Positions 17,538 through 25,440 of a DNA stretch of 32,000 bases are shown one piece after another. The stretch is from Candidatus Nanosynbacter lyticus. Lineage in GTDB: Bacteria > Patescibacteriota > Saccharimonadia > Saccharimonadales > Saccharimonadaceae. Each line of letters begins with the position of its first letter. The first letter of the stretch is position 1. Where the stretch lies: assembly GCF_000803625.1 (NCBI RefSeq), contig NZ_CP007496.1, positions 673,139 through 705,138 of the forward strand, written 5' to 3'. Position numbers and translations under genes: made by a program. The notes below the pieces were generated by a model. The model was not told where the DNA came from. It saw only the letters and a program-made list of their open reading frames with translations, and made no database searches.

Positions 17538-18926
17538 ATGAAAAAATATTGGTCTTTATTCTTATATTTTATTAAAAAGCCTGAAAATGTCTTTATATCT
17601 TTGTCATTGTTCTTTGGAGTATTGTCGGCAATACTAGTCCCTCAGTTATCTGTAAGCGATGAAAATATGCATTACCTGCGAGCTTACGGAATATCTCAAG
17701 GCCGCGTAGAATCTGGATCACATTGTACGCTTCCAAAAGATGTTGCTAAAAGAGCTGGGTCGGTTTACGAAGGTAATTTTTCTGCAGACTACTCTAAGCC
17801 TATAGACCGCAATACATTAGATGTTGATAAATGTAGTAGTGCATCTGGCTATCCGCCAATTATGCACCTGCCGCAAGCAATCGGCATTAATATAGCAAAT
17901 CTATTTGGAGGATCTACTGGGTTAACTATTCTGTTTGGACGAATTGCTAATATAATTTTTTATTCAGTAGCCGTCTTTTTCGTCATAAAATGGGTACGCG
18001 TTGGCAAATGGGCATTTACGGCAATTGGGCTTATCCCTCTTATGGTTCATATGGCCGCTTCACTATCAAGCGACTGCATGACAAATGTGGCAGTCTTTAC
18101 AATTACTGCTTTTACCTTGAACCTATTCACCCAAAAGGACAAGTTATCACATAAACAAACAGTCGCTCTTATCTGTATAGGAGTATTCCTTACTCTAACC
18201 AAATCTGTAAATGCCTTACTACTATTTCCTCTTCTGTTTTTACCAAAGCGTCTATTCTCACCCAACAAAAACGAACGTCTGCCATTTAATATTCAGAAGT
18301 GGGCTATATTAACAGTAACTGGTGTTGCCGCGATTATTAGCATACTAATTTGGCAGAAAATATTTGGACAGCCGTTACTTACGTTAGGCGCAGCGCACAA
18401 TCCGCTCCACAGTAATCCATTAAAGTTTATTGCCATACTGTTTAACACCTACATTAGCCCAACTATCGGATACACGGATGTTGTATTACGTGGTAGCGTT
18501 GGTGATTTTTCATCCTTTAAATACCACCTGCCTTTGTTTGTGTTGATACCGCTCTTTTCCCTCCTCTTCCTCTCTCTCCTTCATTACAACAAGAAAGACC
18601 AGGAGTTATTAGGAGAGCAGACTGGTAAATTGGCAGTGTATAATTTGGCGACAATTGGGTTGTTTGTTTGTGCAGTGTCGTATGCTATGTATACAGCGTG
18701 GGCCTTATTGCCATTTAGGTTTGGCGAGGGAGCGTATTATGCGGATGGTGTTCAGGGTAGATATTTTACAGCAACAGCAGCTATGTTGGTGCCGGTAGGA
18801 TTGTGGCTGCAGAAGTATATTAATGTGAGAACTAAGAATGACAAGGTATTTAACCTTATTATGTTCTTTGGGCTAGCTTTAGTGCTTGGGTTTTATGTTT
18901 TTGAGACGGTGTGGACTTATAAATAA
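17538..18926 (+). CDS. Polytopic GT-C-like membrane protein (DUF2142-like), paralog 2
   Basis: 462 aa, collinear with paralog 1 with no indels. External-loop motif SVSDENMHYLRAY. The C-terminal ~120 aa are identical to paralog 1. Confidence 0.6.
   Translation: MKKYWSLFLYFIKKPENVFISLSLFFGVLSAILVPQLSVSDENMHYLRAYGISQGRVESGSHCTLPKDVAKRAGSVYEGNFSADYSKPIDRNTLDVDKCSSASGYPPIMHLPQAIGINIANLFGGSTGLTILFGRIANIIFYSVAVFFVIKWVRVGKWAFTAIGLIPLMVHMAASLSSDCMTNVAVFTITAFTLNLFTQKDKLSHKQTVALICIGVFLTLTKSVNALLLFPLLFLPKRLFSPNKNERLPFNIQKWAILTVTGVAAIISILIWQKIFGQPLLTLGAAHNPLHSNPLKFIAILFNTYISPTIGYTDVVLRGSVGDFSSFKYHLPLFVLIPLFSLLFLSLLHYNKKDQELLGEQTGKLAVYNLATIGLFVCAVSYAMYTAWALLPFRFGEGAYYADGVQGRYFTATAAMLVPVGLWLQKYINVRTKNDKVFNLIMFFGLALVLGFYVFETVWTYK
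18555..18915 (+). repeat. 361-bp perfect direct repeat, copy 2 (3' coding module of GT-C paralog 2)
   Basis: Identical to 17127-17487. Further identity islands: 16110-16202 vs 17538-17630 (90/93) and 16555-16588 vs 17983-18016 (34/34). Confidence 0.95.
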
Positions 18927-18965
18927 ATCTTTTTTCATATTACTCTTGTTGCTTATGCTTATTTA

Positions 18966-18974
18966 TGTTAAAAT
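18966..18974 (+). promoter_or_regulatory. Extended -10 (TGtTAAAAT) 9 nt upstream of the ATG at 18984
   Basis: TGTTAAAAT at 18966-18974. No SD before ATG 18984. Confidence 0.4.
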
Positions 18975-18983
18975 ATCATAAAT

Positions 18984-19550
18984 ATGAGAATCGCAAAGAA
19001 AAAACTTTCAAAAAAACATATATTATTTACTTCTGCGGTATTTGTCGTCATAGCCTGCTTATCTGTTTTTGCACTTGATAAGCTTGGTGTTATATCAATT
19101 TTATCAAAAGACACCATATTAAATATTTCCAAAGAACCAACTCAACAAGAGAAAAAATCTGAAGAAAAAACTAATCAGGATACCAAGGACTCTTTTTTGG
19201 ATAATAGTAAAGACGACAAGAAAAAGTCTGTTGAAAAAAGTAAACCAGCACCCGTTCCAGTAAATAATTCTTCGATAGAATTATCTGCAAATAAAGATGG
19301 TAGCAATGTTACGATTATTGCAAAACTAAAAGAACAGGGATATTCACAAGGTAAATGTCTACTAATAATAACCGTAAATGGAAAGAAATATTCTCAAGAG
19401 GCAGAAATTATATATCAACCAGAATACTCAACCTGCGCTGGATTTTCAGTTCCTGTCTCATCTGTTGGCAATGGCAGCTGGGACATCTCTCTTTCCGTAA
19501 CACCCATCAATGGCAAGTCTATAAATAAAAAGATGATAAAGGATATATGA
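18984..19550 (+). CDS. Hypothetical membrane-anchored protein (N-terminal TM anchor, K/E/D-rich linker, C-terminal beta-rich two-cysteine domain)
   Basis: 188 aa. Basic N-terminus + TM (ILFTSAVFVVIACLSVFAL), low-complexity charged linker (aa ~50-85), and a ~95-aa C-terminal domain containing two Cys. Its stop overlaps the downstream start (ATGATG/TGA at 19547-19550). No recognisable family. Confidence 0.6.
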   Translation: MRIAKKKLSKKHILFTSAVFVVIACLSVFALDKLGVISILSKDTILNISKEPTQQEKKSEEKTNQDTKDSFLDNSKDDKKKSVEKSKPAPVPVNNSSIELSANKDGSNVTIIAKLKEQGYSQGKCLLIITVNGKKYSQEAEIIYQPEYSTCAGFSVPVSSVGNGSWDISLSVTPINGKSINKKMIKDI

Positions 19551-21820
19551 TGGCAAAATTTAAAATTTTTATCTCAACAATAGCCACTGCTATTGGTGTA
19601 TTAGGCCTAGTTTTTTTTGCCAATCAGTCAGGCGCCATCACTTCTAGCGATTGGAAAGCGGGCAATATAGTCGACGATTTCATATTCACAAACTCCGACG
19701 ACATGACAGTTGCTGACATTCAAGCATTTCTTAATAGCATAAATCCAAGTTGTGATACATACGGAACAGGACGTGCTACAGAAAGAGGAAGGGGCGATAT
19801 TACGCGTGCTCAATATGCAGCATCCAGAGGTTGGGCAGGACCACCATATATTTGCTTAAAAGATTATTACGAAGTCCCCAAATATTCACCTGGCGATTAT
19901 ATACCAGCTAACAACTTTAGTGGCTCAATTCCACAAGGTGCTGTCAGTGCTGCACAGATAATTTATGATGCAGCAAAACGCAATAATCTAAGTCCAAAAG
20001 TAATTTTAGTTAAAATCGCTACTGAATCGGCCGGCCCACTCACCACAGATAATTGGCCGTTGCAGAGTCAATATACTTACGCCATGGGCTCGCATTGCCC
20101 AGATAGCGGCCCTGGAGGTAGCGCTAACTGCGACCGCAACTATGCTGGTTTTTCCATGCAGGTAGAATCTGGTGCTCAGCTAATGCGTCAGTATCTTGAT
20201 AACATGGAAAAACCTTGGTGGAAATATAAAAAACCATTTGCAACTAACTCAATCCTATGGAATGTAGTACAGAGTGGCTGTGGCGCTGGAGATGTTTATA
20301 TATCCAGCAAAGCAACAGCTGCACTATATACTTACACCCCGTATCAACCAAATCAGGCCGCTCTTAATAATATGTACGGACTAGGCGACCATTGCAGCGC
20401 TTATGGCAATCGTAACTTTTGGCGCGTTTGGAACGACTGGTTTGGATCGACCCAGTACAGCCGTCCAATCATTAGTTTCAAATCGCATATTAGCTACTAT
20501 GGCTGGACTGGACTAGTACACAATCGCGGCATTACTGGCTTTACCGGCCAGAGCAAATCCATGCAAGCCTTCAGTATCGACGGTGAAGTTACCTATTCGT
20601 CGTATAGCGAGGAACGCGGTTGGCAGCCAACTGTCTATGGAGGTATGCAGTCTGGCACAACCGATCTCAACCGGCCTATTCAAGCAGTCAAAATCCAGCC
20701 AACTGGATCGCTTGCTGCAAAATATGACTTATACTACCGCACGCATGTCAGCTATGTCGGCTGGATGGGCTGGGCAAAAAATGGCGAGCCAGCCGGCATA
20801 ACGGGCGGACCTGGAAATAACATAGAGGCCTTAGAAATCCGGCTTGTTCACAAAGGATCTAGCGCCCCAGAAGATTCAGGCCAAGCTTTCAAGAATATTA
20901 GCACAAAGGGAGATTCTTCGCCGTTAGCAGTCTCAATTAGCTCGCACGTTGGCATGGTTGGCTGGCAACCAGCAGTCACTGATGAAATGATTAGCGGCAC
21001 TACCGGCCAAAGCCGTCGGATTGAAGCCGTCAAAGCCTCCCTTATTAATAAAACTGGCATTTCTGGCGACCTTCGCTATTCGTCTCACGTCTCATGGGTT
21101 GGCTGGCAAGACTGGAAAAATGCAAACGAAATATCAGGCACTACTGGTCAGTTCAAATCAGTCGAAGCAATTCGTTTTATGCTCACTAGCGACCTTGCAA
21201 AATCATACGATATCTGGTATCGTGCTTATTCGCAGTATGTCGGCTGGATGGGTTGGGCAAAAAATGGCGAGCCAGCCGGATCAACTGGCGCAACCAGACA
21301 GCTTGAGGCCATCCAGATTCGTATAGTGCCAAAAAATTCAATCGCCCTACCTAGCGGCGCATTCTACAACCCAGCCAATACGCCTGTCCCAGATTTGTAT
21401 GATCTCAGCTATTCAACCCACGTCAGCTATGTTGGCTGGATACCAAATGTATCCCAGGGTGTCATGTCTGGTACAACGGGGCGATCGTTCGCCGTTGAAG
21501 CACTACGCATTGCCAAAGCTATATCACAACGCGACGGATCGACCATCACCATCCGCTGCTCGTCAAAATCGGCTAACGACCCTTGGTCGGCAGATATACC
21601 TGTGACTGAACAACAAATCTGCGGCACTACCGGCCAAACAAAAGCGCTCAATGGCATAAAACTATCCCTCAGTGAAACCGACGCCAAGAAATATGATATT
21701 TACTACCAAACTCACCTATCATGGATTGGTTGGCAAGAGTGGAAAAAGAACGGTGAGGTTGCCGGCGATAAACCAGGATCACACATTGAAGCTGTTAGGA
21801 TAAAGCTTGTTGAAAAATAG
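19547..21820 (+). CDS. Secreted protein: conserved Cys-containing N-terminal domain (possible lysozyme-like peptidoglycan hydrolase) + nine ChW (clostridial hydrophobic W) repeats
   Basis: 757 aa. Signal/anchor sequence (IFISTIATAIGVLGLVFFANQSGA). The N-terminal domain is aa ~31-305, with a segment AAQIIYDAAKRNNLSPKVILVKIATESA reminiscent of glucosaminidase/lysozyme-like domains. Aa ~308-757 contain 9 modules matching the ChW pattern Y..HV...GW......G...G.TG....iEAi.i.L (e.g. LRYSSHVSWVGWQDWKNANEISGTTGQFKSVEAIRFML). Confidence 0.8.
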   Translation: MMAKFKIFISTIATAIGVLGLVFFANQSGAITSSDWKAGNIVDDFIFTNSDDMTVADIQAFLNSINPSCDTYGTGRATERGRGDITRAQYAASRGWAGPPYICLKDYYEVPKYSPGDYIPANNFSGSIPQGAVSAAQIIYDAAKRNNLSPKVILVKIATESAGPLTTDNWPLQSQYTYAMGSHCPDSGPGGSANCDRNYAGFSMQVESGAQLMRQYLDNMEKPWWKYKKPFATNSILWNVVQSGCGAGDVYISSKATAALYTYTPYQPNQAALNNMYGLGDHCSAYGNRNFWRVWNDWFGSTQYSRPIISFKSHISYYGWTGLVHNRGITGFTGQSKSMQAFSIDGEVTYSSYSEERGWQPTVYGGMQSGTTDLNRPIQAVKIQPTGSLAAKYDLYYRTHVSYVGWMGWAKNGEPAGITGGPGNNIEALEIRLVHKGSSAPEDSGQAFKNISTKGDSSPLAVSISSHVGMVGWQPAVTDEMISGTTGQSRRIEAVKASLINKTGISGDLRYSSHVSWVGWQDWKNANEISGTTGQFKSVEAIRFMLTSDLAKSYDIWYRAYSQYVGWMGWAKNGEPAGSTGATRQLEAIQIRIVPKNSIALPSGAFYNPANTPVPDLYDLSYSTHVSYVGWIPNVSQGVMSGTTGRSFAVEALRIAKAISQRDGSTITIRCSSKSANDPWSADIPVTEQQICGTTGQTKALNGIKLSLSETDAKKYDIYYQTHLSWIGWQEWKKNGEVAGDKPGSHIEAVRIKLVEK
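20468..21817 (+). repeat. Coding array of nine ChW modules organised as three super-repeats of three
   Basis: Modules 3 and 6 share a near-identical 44-nt core (20753-20796 vs 21236-21279, 1 mismatch; YVGWMGWAKNGEPAG). Modules 3, 6 and 9 each close one triplet. Confidence 0.75.
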
Positions 21821-21825
21821 AATCT

Positions 21826-24024
21826 CTATTTGTATATATCAACAATCCGCTGCTCAAGCTTACTCCACTGATAAGCTTGAGCAGTTTTTTGACCATTTTT
21901 AATGATTTTATCGCGCAGTTTTTTATCGTTTAGTAACTTTTCGACAGCTGCAACGCCCGCATCGATATCGCCTTGGCGATAAAATAGACAGTTGTAATCA
22001 TCTTTTAGATATTCAACATTGCCACCATTTGGTACTACAACAGATACGCCGCCAGTCGCCATCATTTCAAGCGGCGGATATGAAAAGCTCTCAACGATAC
22101 TAGTTTTAATCAAAATATCGCAGCTTGCGTACACTTCTCCAACTTTTTCTGGAGCAATACGATTATAAAATCTATCGACTCGGTACCAATCTTTTGGTTC
22201 CTTGCGATATGATAAATACAAAATCTCAAATTTATCAGGGTCAAGCCTCTCAACGATACGAAAAGCTTCGTCAGTATTTTTATACTCACTTTTGCTGTCG
22301 CCTTCAATAAGTATCTTTATTTTGCCCGTAAAATCACGTTTGCGATATGGGTACAATTCAAGATCAATTCCATTTGAGACATACTCGGATTCTTTATGAA
22401 AGACATCTTTCAACCACTTCTGACACCATAGCGACATCGTAATATACCGTATACCAGATTGATCGCAGTAAGAAGCGTTTGCCAAAAAGCGCGGTTCACC
22501 AGTGCCTGGTATATAAAAATCCGTTTCAAAGTTTTGCACAAAATAAAGCCGACTACGAACATTAGGCTGCTTCTTAACTAGCTCAACAGTTGACCACAAC
22601 GTTGCAACCTGCGTGTCAAAAAACGCTTTCATTTTAGTTTTGTGCGTAGCAACGACATTAAATCCAGGCAACTCATATCTATAGCTATAGGTTTTCTTAG
22701 CAATTTTTAGAGCGTGCTTACTGACTGCATCAATTAGCGTCACGTCCCAGCCATGTCTTCTTAGTACATCAGCATGCTTTAAGGCGACAATTACTCCTCC
22801 CGAAATATCGGTCGACGGCAGAACAAAACCGATATTTCGCGCCAAATGCTTCCTAATAAACGAAGCTAGGTTATAGCCAGTGTACACCGTCGAATAGTTA
22901 TGAATTATCTCCTCGTGAGCTTTATCTGCAAGTTTACCGCGCAAAGCCGAGTCTGATACTAGTAAGTCAAGCGCTTTAAACCACTCTGTGTCAGTATTGT
23001 TTACTAGTATGCCTGTTTCGTTATTCTGAATTTTCTCTGCAAAAGCGCCAATATTGCTGGCTATGGTTGGAATCTTTACAAGAGCCGCCTCAACCCATTT
23101 ATTCTCAGATTTTGCGCGGTTAAAAATCGTATCAACCAGCGGCGCTAAAACAATATCGCACTCCGCCATAACAGCTGGCAATTCTCGCCAATCAACAAAT
23201 CCTGACGTAATAAGACGCTCTTTATACGGATCAAGGGCGTCTGGAACATCCAGAATGCCAGCAATTTTAAGGTAAATTTGCGGATACTTTTCGAATATTT
23301 TAATAAGACTAGGAATAACGAGATCGAAATCTTCATTATGGGTAATGCTTCCACTGAAATAGCCGACGATAATTTTGTTATTATCTTTACTAACCGCCTC
23401 AAGCGCTAAATTAGATAGCTTAATCATTTCATCAGATGCAACATTGCGGTTAATCAACACTTCACCCTTCGTGTAATGCTGTAGCTCCTCTTGCAGTTGA
23501 GTAGTCGTGGTAACAACATGATCGCACAACTCCAGCGTTTCGCGCATTCGATTAACACCGTCGTCGTAGAGCTGCTTATCATCGACGCTCATCTGTTGAA
23601 CATATTTAATTGAATCAGTATATTTCTGGTCAATTACTAAATCATCGATATCAAAAAAACAGGTTTTATTAAAATAATGCGCCTGCTTGATAAACTCACG
23701 AATCGTATCAGTTATTGGGCAGCGGAAAAATACAAATCCGCGATAATACTTCAATTGATCAAGCGATAATCTATCATAAAAAATGCTCTCAACAGTTAAC
23801 CCCTGCGACATTAGCTGTTCCATCTGGTGAGCAACACGATATCGTTCTGGATGAGGCAGTGTGCAGCCATTTATAAATAATATGTCTTTATATTCCATCT
23901 TTCTTTTATCGGGAAACTTACGATAGTATAAATACTTTGCCGTACGCTTAGTAAATCGAACAAGGCCATCGTCCTTTATAATAACAGTACTTTTCTTTAC
24001 AAGATTATTAACTTTTCGTATCAT
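21826..24024 (-). CDS. Dual-domain glycosyltransferase (two GT-B GT1/GT4-like modules fused)
   Basis: 732 aa. The first module ends with ECDIVLAPLVDTIFNRAKSENKWVEAALVKIPTIASNIGAFAEKI and the second with SCDILIKTSIVESFSYPPLEMMATGGVSVVVPNGGNVEYL (E-x7-E-type motifs). GGAG SD 8 nt upstream. Confidence 0.75.
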   Translation of the reverse strand: MIRKVNNLVKKSTVIIKDDGLVRFTKRTAKYLYYRKFPDKRKMEYKDILFINGCTLPHPERYRVAHQMEQLMSQGLTVESIFYDRLSLDQLKYYRGFVFFRCPITDTIREFIKQAHYFNKTCFFDIDDLVIDQKYTDSIKYVQQMSVDDKQLYDDGVNRMRETLELCDHVVTTTTQLQEELQHYTKGEVLINRNVASDEMIKLSNLALEAVSKDNNKIIVGYFSGSITHNEDFDLVIPSLIKIFEKYPQIYLKIAGILDVPDALDPYKERLITSGFVDWRELPAVMAECDIVLAPLVDTIFNRAKSENKWVEAALVKIPTIASNIGAFAEKIQNNETGILVNNTDTEWFKALDLLVSDSALRGKLADKAHEEIIHNYSTVYTGYNLASFIRKHLARNIGFVLPSTDISGGVIVALKHADVLRRHGWDVTLIDAVSKHALKIAKKTYSYRYELPGFNVVATHKTKMKAFFDTQVATLWSTVELVKKQPNVRSRLYFVQNFETDFYIPGTGEPRFLANASYCDQSGIRYITMSLWCQKWLKDVFHKESEYVSNGIDLELYPYRKRDFTGKIKILIEGDSKSEYKNTDEAFRIVERLDPDKFEILYLSYRKEPKDWYRVDRFYNRIAPEKVGEVYASCDILIKTSIVESFSYPPLEMMATGGVSVVVPNGGNVEYLKDDYNCLFYRQGDIDAGVAAVEKLLNDKKLRDKIIKNGQKTAQAYQWSKLEQRIVDIYK

Positions 24025-24026
24025 TA

Positions 24027-25436
24027 CTAGTTCTCCTTTATTGTTATATACGGATTATATAGCGTCCTAAATCCTTTATTACAAAGCGCTTTGGTTAGCG
24101 ATTGACTATCTATCTTTGTTGATTGATCAATCAAGGAAAGCTTTTTTCTCTCTATAAATAGTACCGAAGAGCATACATCTTTAAGATTATATTTCGAGGT
24201 TAAGTAAATGTGTTTCGTAAATGACCGTCTACTCAATTCCTGTATAAATTTCACGATTTTTTCATCTAAAATAGACTTTAAATTTCCTACAACTTGGCTC
24301 TCGTCATATATTCGCGGAATTACAGCACCAATGTCTTCTCTAAATATATCACCTAATAAACTATAATCTCCAGAATAATCAACTGAAGAGTTTGAAAATA
24401 TTATTACATCTGAAGTTTCTCTACTCAAAACATTACCAACACTATCATCCCTGCTAAATAATATATTATTTACAGTGACATCTTGTTGAGAAGGGCTAGA
24501 ATATCGCATACACCACTGAGCGCCATATAAAGAATCTCGTACTACCTCGGCCTCCATATGACGCTTTTTAATATCATCCGTTAAGGCTTTTTTTTGAGCA
24601 CCAATAACATAAGGTTTTGCATCTAGGTTTCCTGCCGTAGAATTATTATGAACACGCCAATAATAAAGAATCTTCGGTATATGAGCAATCTGACTTGATT
24701 TTAGTGTTCGCGTTGCCCTCAAAAATAATTCCCAGTCCTGAGTTCCGTTGTATACGCCATCTTCACCTCCCAGTTCTATTAGAGAATCGCGCTGGATTAT
24801 AGCAAAATGTGTAATATAGTTTATTGATCGCAAAAAATCAATATTCCAATCAGGCTTAAAAAATGGCTGATACTGTCGCCCTTTCTCATCAAGCTTAACT
24901 TCATCAGTATATATAAATTTTACGCCAGGCAATTCATTTATCTTATTAACAACCAATAGAAGAGCATCTTTATGTAGCATGTCATCATGATCTAATAACC
25001 CTATATATTCACCATTAGCTTTATTAATACCATAATTTGTTGCCCCTGCTATGTGTCGATTAGTTTTTAGAAAAAAAGGCTTTATTTTCGTATTGTTTTT
25101 TGCAATCTTTCTAATCTCATGTTTTACATCATCATTAGGTGAGGCATCATCAACAATAATCAATTCCCAATTATCATAAGATTGACCTTCAACTGATTTA
25201 ATCATATCCCTCAAGTATTTAACTGGGGTATTGTACGTCGGAACAATAATAGAGATAAGAGGTTGTTTGTCTATTTTTTTATTTATAGGCTGATTGTGTG
25301 TTTGTCTATTTTCCCATTTTTCATAGATTTTTCTCTGTTGCGTATCAAGATATCTCCTGTACGGCGCCATTATTAGTAATATAAAATTATAAAGGTATCT
25401 CCTGCGCTTTATGATATTTTTTAAATAATTCAGCAT
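24027..25436 (-). CDS. GT2 family glycosyltransferase with ~190-aa uncharacterised C-terminal extension
   Basis: PLISIIVPTYNTPVKYLRDMIKSVEGQSYDNWELIIVDDASPND, LLDHDDML (DxD), and a following conserved W.L..A segment. The C-terminal region has no recognisable motif. Confidence 0.8.
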   Translation of the reverse strand: MLNYLKNIIKRRRYLYNFILLIMAPYRRYLDTQQRKIYEKWENRQTHNQPINKKIDKQPLISIIVPTYNTPVKYLRDMIKSVEGQSYDNWELIIVDDASPNDDVKHEIRKIAKNNTKIKPFFLKTNRHIAGATNYGINKANGEYIGLLDHDDMLHKDALLLVVNKINELPGVKFIYTDEVKLDEKGRQYQPFFKPDWNIDFLRSINYITHFAIIQRDSLIELGGEDGVYNGTQDWELFLRATRTLKSSQIAHIPKILYYWRVHNNSTAGNLDAKPYVIGAQKKALTDDIKKRHMEAEVVRDSLYGAQWCMRYSSPSQQDVTVNNILFSRDDSVGNVLSRETSDVIIFSNSSVDYSGDYSLLGDIFREDIGAVIPRIYDESQVVGNLKSILDEKIVKFIQELSRRSFTKHIYLTSKYNLKDVCSSVLFIERKKLSLIDQSTKIDSQSLTKALCNKGFRTLYNPYITIKEN

Positions 25437-25440
25437 CCCT

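Noticed and set aside
19790-19798. RGD tripeptide in the ChW protein N-terminal domain, considered as an integrin-binding motif.
   Set aside because: A three-residue motif is expected by chance and has no supporting context.
20753-21279. The 44-nt near-identical DNA repeat inside the ChW gene, considered as an independent repeat element or regulatory site.
   Set aside because: It is fully explained by duplication of ChW protein modules (YVGWMGWAKNGEPAG) and has an in-frame spacing of 483 nt.
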